NCBI GenBank assembly: GCA_964057225.1
Contig: OZ059897.1
Span: forward strand, 12,896,001-12,960,000
DNA length: 64,000 nt
Source of the DNA: Auanema rhodensis
Lineage: Eukaryota; Animalia; Nematoda
Direction of reading: 5' to 3'
Shown here one piece after another: positions 14,724-25,402 of the stretch. The position numbers and the translations under genes were made by a program. Numbering within the stretch: position 1 is the first letter of the stretch; each line of letters opens with the position of its first letter. Under the pieces are notes generated by a model, which did no database searches, was not told where the DNA came from, and was given only the letters and a program-made list of their open reading frames with translations.

Positions 14724-17700
14724 TTATAGATATATGCATATATACAAATGTATATTATATATATATATTTATAATAAAAGCTGAAGGTCACATTCGTCAT
14801 ATTTATTATATTCGTTATATTGGGATTCAGTTATATATTATATATTAGAATAATATTTTTTTTCATCAGCAAAAACTATTTGTATGCTTGTCGTCAAGCT
14901 ATTCTCTCGACCTCAAATGGCAAGATCCTGTCAACCTAACCACGCTCTAGGCTTTTTTTCTCTTCCGCTGTATTTTCAGAACAATAATCCATTTTATATT
15001 TTAACTGACCACTTAAAAATATCGGAAAGTAAGCTTACTCCCATTTAAATAAACAAGTGTAGGGTAAAAAATATTCTACTACATACTATTTTGATAAAAA
15101 ATGTCCTGCTTTTTGCAAAATAATTCATTCCCCCCCCCCACGGCTTGGCTTCATGTGTGCAATCTTTTTGAACATGTTGATTCTCATTCAGAGTTTAAGT
15201 ATGGTGTATCTTAATGTTATCAAATATCCAAAAAGTTGATAGCATCATGAACATCTTATATTATTAATTATCATTAATTATAATAATAATTAAATCTTTT
15301 CTAAGGCATAAATTCTTGTAATTCTGTATTGCCAATAGTGTTCAGATTTCATTTCCGACATCATCATTTTACAATGAGGAAGAGGATATTTCTAAGAATT
15401 TATTATTTTTCACTAAGACTTTTCTTTTTTTTTTTTGAATCTTATTTGCCTAATTCATTTTAAAATTCCCGAAAACGAGAAATATATCAAGACTTTCAGA
15501 GCAAAAACAAAATGCGGCAGATGAAGTACAAATCCTAAACTTGGAACTAACTTACTATATGTTTTTGCTCAATTAGATATGAAGCATCTAGAACATAAGA
15601 CAAAGGTCGATTTAAATCCGAAAATTTTAGTTCCTTGATGCTGATCAGTCTCTTTCTAATATTTTATCTTGTCCTATGGTTTCATTTCGTTTGTAGCTTT
15701 GTATTATAATATATACATATGTACACATGCATGTTCAACATGTAATGAAGCATTTCAGCTTTTCAACGTAGCAAAGAATAAAAGAACTAAATAAAAATTT
15801 TTGAACTTCTCATCCGAAATTATGACGCATTGGAGAAGAAAATTTTCCGCTTGATATGCCGTTTCTTCCGTGCCAGTCTTACTCGTTCCCTCGATATCTT
15901 TATTCTATTCTTTCTCAATCGTCTCTCTCTCCCTCTTTGCGATTCTCTCATTATTGCAAACTCTTTTTTTTTCTCTTTTGAATCATTTTTCGAAATCTTT
16001 ACAATTTTCTGATTTTCCGTTTTACTCCTTCTGTCTTTTCTCGCTATATATTATACTATTATGTATTATATATGGTTATATCTATTGCCTACACTTTGCT
16101 CTCCATTCATCTTCAACTAGCTTCACTCCAGTTTCATTTTCACCTTCCTCCTTTTTCTTTAATCCATCTGCATATCTTCTTATGGATTACTTGTTACCAC
16201 AAGATAGGAATCGTTTAGTAACTACGAAAAATTCCCCACTTGACGAGGGCTGATGAATTTTAGCTTTTCTTGAACTTGTGATGGCTTCTCTTTTGGCCAA
16301 GATTAGGTATAATTCCAAAACCAATTAGCTTGGCATGAATTATCACGAATCTCCTCTTCCATCAATTTAATTTTTCCTTTTTCCTTTTAATTTTGCATCT
16401 CTTACACTATCTTTCAAAACGTTTCTGCCAACCTACCACGGTCGATGTCTAGAAAACGAAAACGGAATTGCGTGTTTGGAGCTAAGATGCGGTCACGTTG
16501 ATCGCTCAGCACAGACTGACATCTGATTCGAACGCTGGCGTCGGCCAGATTAACAACTCCAACCTAAAAAAATTCTGATTTTTTTTCATTTAAACTATAG
16601 TTTTGTTTGAAAAACTTATTTAAGTTCAAAAATTTGAAGTTAAAGCATTATCGATGCTTTCTAAAGAGGACAGGCTTCATTTTCAAGTTTTGCAATAAAG
16701 AGGGATTCGGGACAACTCCTAATTAGTCTAATATTCGTGAAAGTGAAATAAGTTATTTCATAGAATTACTAACAACACTAATGCTTTTCATGAAACTCTC
16801 AAAGGTTAATTAACTCATAACTATCTTTTACAATCATCAATTGTTCTTAATATCAATACAAAAGCATCGTTCTTGCAGAATTTTTTCATTAGAGATACTG
16901 AAATTACGAAACATATGTATATACTAACCTGCATATCTTTTACGAAAAAAAGTATGAAAGTTTAACTTTAAGCACTAAAAGTCTTTTTTCTTCCTACTAC
17001 ACTGAAACTTCACTTTCATTCAATTAAACTTTTCTGATTAAAACTAATTATTTTCTAAAAGCAAAAAAAAGGAAAAACTTTTTGTCTTCTTAAGCTATAC
17101 TTGCTACTTGTAGCAAAATAAGAAGAAATATTCTTCTTCACACAAACTCTTTATATTTCTTCTTCATCAATGATTTTAACATTTCTTTTTTTTTGTAAAA
17201 AAAAAATAATCTCTTCTCTTATTTTGTTTAGTCTTTGCAGGATACTAATACCTTATGGTTCAAATTGCATTCTAACCAAGTGACGTCATGACATATAACT
17301 CGTCGTCAATACTTTTTAGATACAGATTTACTCTTCTTCAACTTAATCAAAGAATTAACTCCAGCATATAAGCCACCTCGTTTGTATATGCTCTTCTCAT
17401 TTTATTTTTCTCTTTACTTCATTCTTCCTCTCTTATACTCTTTTCCCTCTGGTCTCTTATTTTCTCTCTTTCATTCTCTCATAATTGTAAAATCGTTCAT
17501 TACATATTTCTCAGTATCTCAATCTTCCTTTTTCAACTTCTATCATCGTATCCATGTCCATTCTTTTAGGAATTTTAAAAAAAGTAAAAGAAAGTTTTTG
17601 GAGAAAAAATTGACCGTTTTTTTGGCTTCTTTCTGTCATAATTTAATCTTTTTCAAAGATCATGAAGAGATATAGAAAAAGAAAAACTAATTGGTTTCAT

Positions 17701-19606
17701 CTACACCCACATGTCATCACTTCTTTCTCCTCATTCAGTTCACTTCCCTCTTTTACTCTGTATTAATCAACCAACTAAGCTGTCTTTACTTCCTCTAACA
17801 TATCTTCGCACACGATATCTTTGTATGAAAAGTTGAAAATGTTCAAGAAAAATTTTGAATTTTCAACAATCATAGTTTACTTCTATCTGAATGACTGAAA
17901 CTATTATGGCCATCTGGTTGCTTTTATTCAATTAACTTTTATAGTCTATTAAACTATTTTTATACATATATAAAAATATTTTTCTAGCAGTTGTGATCAA
18001 CTTTTTCTGTTTAGCCCTCATTTTCTTTTATCTGCTGTTTCCACAAAATTAAGTCATTTTTTGATCTTTTTTAGCAAGTCACTCACTACAAAGGCTAACA
18101 AAAATTTTTTTAATGAAAAGCCGTTTCATGCTCTTTTCTGGAAAACTTTTTGATAAACACATCATAAAACTTTTGTTTTAGAGTTTGTTTCATTCTCTTT
18201 ACATACATATTTATTTCATTTTTTTTTCTTATTTTTGTGGTAAACATAAAAGAATTGGTGAGAAAAATTTGATTGCAAGAAAATATAAAAGTGTCACAGT
18301 CGGCTTGTTTCATTTTTCTTTGACAAAGTTTTTTTTTTGAACGTCTTTTCAAAATACTTAATAACACAAAATCAGAAGCTTATATGGCAATGAGGTTTCA
18401 AAATTCTTTTTCTTCTCAATAACCCTGTGTATATGAATGTGTGTGCGTCTGTGTATGTGTCTCAGTAGTGCTATAATTCTGAACAGCGTTGCATGCTTCA
18501 GAAATCTTGCGTTGACACTACTTCAATTTTATCCTTTCATTTTTACATACATAAGATCAAGAAATGCTTCAACATGATTATAATGAGGTAGTGTTCATTA
18601 AACCGCACTTGAGCTTTCTTCCGTTTTCAGTTGAAGCTGTTTTTTTCATATCTCAAATCTCTTGTGGTTGCTCTCTTAGCAGATTTCTGAATACTTTTCA
18701 TTTCTTCTATATTCTACTCCGTTACTCTCTCTCTATATTTCTCTCTAGTTCTCCTCCCCCTCCCTCTCTTTCTATCTCTCTCTCTCTCTCTCTCTCACCA
18801 CAATCTCTATCTTCTTCAGACAATAAAGGTTACATCTTTTAGATCTTACGGATTGTTCTTCATTATTCAATTTTGAAATTGTTTAGAAGCTGCTCTTCCC
18901 AACATTAGCATATAAATTGACGTCATTACAAGATTCCGATTTAAATTCGTTAGTAAACGAGATTTAATCACATGAGAATAGTATACGTTCCAAATTTCAG
19001 CTTTCATTTTTCAGTAATTGCCCCCCCCCCCCCCCCCAGTCTTCTATCTCTCGACTCTCAAAAGTTATGTTTTTAAAGTTTTTCGATAGCAATAAACTAT
19101 GCTTTACTGAACAATTAGATTTTTTCAAATATTCTTAGCAACAGAGTTTCTCTATGAGTTCCTTCATGGTAAATCTTCAAGCTCATAATCGTCAAACGTC
19201 TTGATGATCAGAAGAGCAAAAGATAAGTTAATTTGCTCACTTCTCACTGAATCTCATACAGATGTCATCGTCAACATCAAACTCCTCATGTGTAATCACC
19301 ATACTGAATAAGTTTCATTTTTCGTGAGACGAATGACCAAAGTTAAGTGAAAGTCTTGTTTTCATTTCAAACTGACTGACTTTTCTCTATCTTTACATTT
19401 CTTTATCCTTGTGTTCTTTTTCGTAAGAATTGATTAAAAATCTTTAAAAACCTAATTTTTGATTTCCTAATTGGATTTCAAGACTTGAAAATTTGAAATT
19501 ATCTTTCATACTAACTAATTAAGGAAGAACCAACCTCAGCTGGACGACGATGCTTACGGGCTAAGCATATTAGCGCCATATACCATAGTATTATTGCAAA
19601 TTTCAT
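13584..19606 (-). CDS. Secreted 131-aa protein resembling plant self-incompatibility S1 / SPH proteins; 4 exons (19606-19535, 16563-16437, 14058-13959, 13680-13584)
   Basis: All junctions are GT-AG and phase-consistent. Protein: MKFAIILWYMALICLARKHRRPAEVGVVNLADASVRIRCQSVLSDQRDRILAPNTQFRFRFLDIDRGNNHFWCDAHGLFGFDNSFDVFGREAPSRSNITWIIKNDGLYMDRLEHKIKDWSWNYLPFDSYSE*. It carries the SPH pattern V-x-N-L..C-x-S..D..L..F-x-F-x-F..FWC..FDVF..W-xxxx-DG-x-Y..W. Confidence 0.8.
13798..13810. repeat. C13 homopolymer (G-tract on the sense strand of the SPH-like gene, intron 3)
   Basis: 13 consecutive C. Confidence 0.95.
15130..15139. repeat. C10 homopolymer (SPH-like gene, intron 2)
   Basis: 10 consecutive C. 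Confidence 0.95.
19021..19037. repeat. C17 homopolymer, G-quadruplex-capable on the minus strand (SPH-like gene, intron 1)
   Basis: 17 consecutive C. Confidence 0.95.
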
Positions 19607-21825
19607 ACTCCTATCTTTCCTAACGTCCGTTGTCCTAAAAATCAGTAAAAATCAATCCTATTAATACTATTTACTCCATTATTTTCATTCTACTAGAAAT
19701 TTTCACACTATATGTAATGCATTAATTAAAAATTTGTAAATAAATAGATCGGGGCAAAATGAAAAAGAATATTATTAAAGTTCAAAGCAGCTGCTAGACG
19801 AAAACAATTTTTTTTAACTTAAAATTATTTGATTTACCTAATTTTCGTATATTTGTATCTTGTTACATATGTCATCCAGATTCAGATTTTACTGCTTATA
19901 AGTATTCATTTTTCTATATTTGTTCAAAAGTTATTTAGTTGTATGTTTTTCTTTTTCTTTTCTTTCTTTTTTTTTTGTTAACGCATTTGTTACTTTGACT
20001 TGGTGTAACAGCGTGAAGAAGCTTTATATCTGAGCTATGTCTCATCAAAGATATAATATGTTATATAAGCTAAATCAAAATCATTCATCTACAATACTAC
20101 CATATTCAGAATATATCAAAGAATCATTCACGTGCAATTCAAATAAATCGTTGAAGCACGTGAACATTAAATGGCTTTGTCATATTCATGAAATTGTTGA
20201 TTCAGAGAGCGGTTGTGCTTAGTTAATTCCTATTTTTAAAATTCATTTTCTCACGTCACTTCAGGATTTAAAGTTTTATTTTAAATCTTTGTTAAAGCAC
20301 TCCAAAAGATCTCTCATAATTTTAACTTCAACAAAAATCTAAAATTCAAACCTTTATATTGAGTTAAAACATTGTTTTGTCAAAAATATATCAAAACTAT
20401 ACCAGATCGTTATTTTAATTTTTTGAAACATTTTACTCTTTTCAACAAACGAAAAAATAAGAGAAAATGCATAATTAATGCGGCTATTAGCTGCTGTTTG
20501 TTCATTTCTGTTTAATTTCCCTTTAGACAAGATATTTTTTCTAATTATTTAGGCAAATCAAATTGTGAACTTTTTCAAAAAGGAAATATTCGTCATAAAA
20601 AATCTTAATGTTTTATATCGCTGATTCAAGTTATGCGGATTGAAGGAAAAGAGAATGAAGGATTATGCTGAAAGAGAGACTAGAATTTCAAAGATTCATC
20701 TGATATTGCAATCTATTCAATTGACTTTAATTACTTTCATTCGCAATATATTTTAAGAAAACAATGGCTTTCTGTGTCTGAAGAGCAATACGAAAAGAAA
20801 CAATGGAAGTTAAAATATATGCTTAGTGACGGACGAAATTTATTTTTTTGAAAAATGAAAAAAGGGTGAGAAAGCCCAATGGTTAGCTTTGTCCTAGAAT
20901 GAAAAACGAAAATCAAATTGTTGTATCATCTTAAAGAATATTCTGTTGGGAAAATAAAATTTATAGTGATGCTGCATACAAATTATGAGCTATATCCATA
21001 ACTATATGTGCTATGTTTCAAAGACTTTTGAAATAGTTTAAATCATATTTTTTGAAAATAATTTGAAAAGAAACACAGATGAATCGGTTAATGTACTTTG
21101 TGTGACCTCATGCTAATTCAAGAAACATAAAACTAAGCTTTTTGAAAATAACAGGAAATTACGATCAGCAAATTAGCTAAGAATTTTTGAATAAAATGGA
21201 AGAATTTAGAACATAAATGAAAATTTAAAATAGTCTAACAGACTTTAATATTTTATTACAAGCTAAGCTACTGTATATTTTATAAAAATGATTTCTCGTA
21301 TAAACTATAGCATATGCACATATACTACTACTATTATCTCTCTTCAACTTTGTGTTCTTTCAAGATATTCTCCTGTTCTTCCAGATGTCTCTTTCTCTCT
21401 TATTCTCATCCCTTTCTGTGAATCCGAAGAAAACTTTCCGGTCAACAGAACTTAGATGAAATGAATAACTGCGCATTCGTAAAATATCAGATAAATTCAT
21501 TAAAGCTCAGCTAAATATTTTCCAAAAAAATGATGAAACCCAACATCAATGCCAACTAGAAAGTTGTAAAAAAATATTTTTTTTTAAGAACGCAAGAAGT
21601 TCTAATGCATGATGCTTTTTTTCGTCGACAATTATCTTCTTAAACATTAGAATGGCATATTCCGACAGATTGTCAACGCCTACATGTCTCAAATTGAGAG
21701 ATGATTTGAGATATTTTGTCAAAATCCATTTTACGTACTACTTTACCATATTAAGCTTTTCCCTTGATTGGCCTGACTTGGGCTCTAAAGTTCTTTTACT
21801 TGATTTGAACTTTGGGATACTTCGT

Positions 21826-21834
21826 GACCACCCA
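21826..21834 (-). promoter_or_regulatory. Candidate TRA-1/GLI binding site
   Basis: GACCACCCA; the minus strand reads TTTTCT-TGGGTGGTC, a perfect 9-bp core. Confidence 0.45.
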
Positions 21835-22567
21835 AGAAAATAGTAAACATGAAATCAACTATATTAATTTAATCATTAAGTTCTCCATCCTTTTTCTCAT
21901 TAAAATATATTCAACAATTAGAAATAAAGTTTAAAAACGCTTAGTTTAAAGAACAAGGATATTTCCCTTTCCAGGAATCTGGAATTGTTTAATTTTTGCT
22001 GAAAATAAAGTGAATCTTTCCTATTCATCTCAATTCCATGCGCTCAACTATTCTTCCTTCTCCGCTTTGCTTCTCAAAAAGCTATAATGCAATGCTGTCA
22101 AATTGTATTGAATTTAAAGAAAAAATAAGGAAGATAATCAGTAACCTACAACTTTTCTTTGTTCTTCCTACATTTCTATCATCTATTTACTGTCAACTAT
22201 AGTTGTGAATTTTGAACATCAATTTGATTACGTCGTCCGAAAAAACGATACTGAGAGACAATTTTTTTGTCTTTTTTTTTGAGCTTTAGTGTTCTCAATA
22301 TTTTTATGCTTTATGTAACCTATAACTATTGGCTTTTGATAATATGATCTATATAATACCAATTATATTTTCTTTAAATCTTTGGCTTCACGCTCTATGC
22401 CCTCTCTCAAATTCTCAATTCTTTCTTTCGTCCTATGCTTTATATTTACAACATTGTAACCCTCCTTGTTCTCCATGCATGTTAATTTCGAACATTTTTT
22501 TTGTGAATTTATGACACTTCTTCTTATATTTTCTTTATTTTAAATTATTTTACTTTTTTTCAGATAA

Positions 22568-24096
22568 ATGGGTTGTTTCGCAGTATTCATTTTATCTCTC
22601 TTGGCTACTTTACTTTTCGCTACCGCAGAACTTGAAGCCAGTTTTCAAATGCAACCAGTAAGTTTTAAAATTTGATATTCTCTTCCAAGTTGGTACTTAA
22701 CGTATCTCTAAGTATTTCGAAAAATTCGCAGCGAGTCAGCTTCCTCTGCGACGAACTTCCAATTAGAGCAAAAAAAAGCTAAAGCAACGTATTTTTTGAC
22801 TTTCCATTAACTAGAATTAGAAAAAAAAGGTCAACACGTTTGACAATCTATTAGTAATTAATATAATCACAGCTTTGCTACTTAATATTTTCCGCTCGAA
22901 GAATTAACTGGAGGGACGAAAATATTTTCTGATGTCACAATTTAGTTTCTATTTTTGGAAGACCAATGTCTTCAAAGCCAATTTCTTTCTCATCTCTACA
23001 TGTTTCTCTTCTCTCTGATCTTTTTTTTTCACGTAACTATGCATTTCCACATTTGCAATCGATGTAATTAAAAAAATCAGAATTAGAATATATATATATA
23101 TATATATATATAATATTTATATTTATATATTTCATTTTCATTTTATTTCTTTTTTTTTCTTTTTTTCATAGTTAATACCTAAATCGAATTTTCTAAAATA
23201 GCTTCGTTCTCTTTAAAGACATGTTTATAGTGAAATATTACATGAATATAAAGCATAAGTATGTCTTAAGAAAATTCAAATATTACAACAATCTCTTGTT
23301 CACCACTCATTCATGTACTTTGTAAAATATTCTCTCTTATATGAACATTTTGTTTTAGAAAATTGAATGTTCATGACAGAATTATTATAAAACACTTCAT
23401 ATAAACTAAATAAATAAACAAAAGATATTTTCACTTACACAACTTATCTTTATTATTATTCTGATGTTTTAAGGGAAAGCCATGCGAATCAGCTTTTCAT
23501 TGTTGGAGGACAGAACCCATTGATGAAAATGGACAGCCTATATCACTGCGTATGTTGCTACTTTCTCTATGAATAGACAAAAACATATCTCCTGCTGTTG
23601 GCTTGATCTTTAGCTTTTCCAAATAAGGATAAGAAAACAATAAATCTTTTGATGAGAACAGCATATCTCTGTGAGAAAAGTTCGATGATGAGGTCGTTCA
23701 ACTTGAAAAAAAAACTTTGAAAATCTTTCTTTCAGTTCATACTTTGCTCATTTACTCTTATAAGCACAAAATAAATGAAGTCTAGCTCAAAGATTAAAAA
23801 TAAAAAACAAATGTTTTTCTTAATTTCTGTTCTAGAACATTGATTTCAAAATTATGAAAATTTTCAGTTTCGTCTCGCGGAAAACGCTTAGAAATCGGTT
23901 CGAATAGCAAATCGCGTGGAGGTTGGTTTTTTTAATTCATTAATCCTCACAGGAAATATAATATAAGAATATTTTTCAAAACATTCGAAAAAATACTAGA
24001 ATATTTCAAATTTCAGGACGTTGCCGATGCATTCAAGGTGTATGTCAGTTGTACCACCTACCAACAGAATCCTTCTTTGCTTGTGAAGAGTTTTGA
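22568..24096 (+). CDS. 99-aa secreted six-Cys propeptide with an internal GKR site; 4 exons (22568-22657, 23474-23549, 23868-23921, 24017-24096)
   Basis: TTTTCAG precedes the ATG. Spliced protein: MGCFAVFILSLLATLLFATAELEASFQMQPGKPCESAFHCWRTEPIDENGQPISLLSSRGKRLEIGSNSKSRGGRCRCIQGVCQLYHLPTESFFACEEF*. All phases are consistent. Confidence 0.8.
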
Positions 24097-24965
24097 TTAT
24101 TCTAGCCAGGAAAATGACAAGAAGGCCATTCGAGAAAACAATTGTTTTACCCTATCTTCTAAAAATCAATTTATCTGTTTTTATTTATAATAACTAGAGA
24201 ATTAAGAATCACGTCTACTGTCTCCGTGAACCGCATTCTGTCATCCATTCTCATCCTCCCCATCTTTTTTTTTCGTTTGCTATGCAATCAAACATCATCT
24301 TAGTAAATCTGAATTTCAAAATTACATTGGTGATGAAAAAAGCTTCTTAATGCAAATTCAAACTGTTCTAAGAATCAAAACTTCATTTCTTCCTCAAGTC
24401 AATAAAGGTTGTCAGTTGCTACATCTACATTACAAGCATTTTTTTAAAAAGATAAAATGTTCATTTCTTTCAAACATTTCTTCAAATTTTTTAACATCCA
24501 ACATTAAAAAAAGATTATAAACGATATATATATTTATATATATATATTAATTTTCTTAATAATAATACATATGAAATTAATAGGAGAGAAGTTATTAAAA
24601 CAGATTTACCGCTTATCCATTCTTAGTGTTTCAATTTTTTTATAAACTATATAGCTTCACATCTTATTCAGAAAAATGAGGAAAAAATTAAAGAAAACAA
24701 CATATTTAAATACAAAAATATTCATTTGATTTAAATTTACAATGATTATATAAATATGATTATTATACAACTACGTTAATCAATATATATTATTAAAAAA
24801 TATTAATTTATTAAATATTTTTAATTTACATAAAGGTTATATAATAAATTATATGGTTAAGCAACTATAATTCATTTATTTATAATAGTTAATATATTAA
24901 ATTATAATGGATATGAAATACATTTTTGTGCAAAAATAGTCCTCCACCTTCTTTCAAACTCAGTT

Positions 24966-25402
24966 TCATTGAATAATATTATATAAGACTCGTTGTCGAA
25001 GTTGTAATGCCGAAGGAACTGATGATGATGCTGATGATGATGATGATGATGAAGATGCAACTATAATATAAATATTTAAAATATTTTGGAATTATATGTT
25101 GGGATATATACAAATAGTTAATTTAATTAGCTTACGGTCATTTTCTGGTCTTTTATCTCGAGATTCTACTAGACTTCTCAGAATTCTAAACATCCGCCAG
25201 ATTGAGTAATCAGGTCGAATAGCCGCCATATGACTCCGCAAGCTGGAAATACTTCTATAGTTTTCGAAGTTCCACAAGAATAATTAATATAGAGTTCCAT
25301 ATATGCTAACCTGTTCACTCCATCCGGTGGTAGAACAGCATAAGTATCATCAGCTAAACATACTGATGCAAAAACTAGCAGCAAACATAAAATAATTCTC
25401 AT
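24966..25402 (-). CDS. 97-aa secreted, neuropeptide-precursor-like protein; 3 exons (25402-25311, 25242-25136, 25060-24966)
   Basis: TTTTAG directly before the ATG. Protein: MRIILCLLLVFASVCLADDTYAVLPPDGVNSLRSHMAAIRPDYSIWRMFRILRSLVESRDKRPENDLASSSSSSSASSSVPSALQLRQRVLYNIIQ*. Has a signal peptide and a KR site. Confidence 0.7.

Noticed and set aside
22568-24096. Calling the six-Cys propeptide an insulin
   Set aside because: No B-chain LCG motif or A-chain CC doublet, and the spacing differs.
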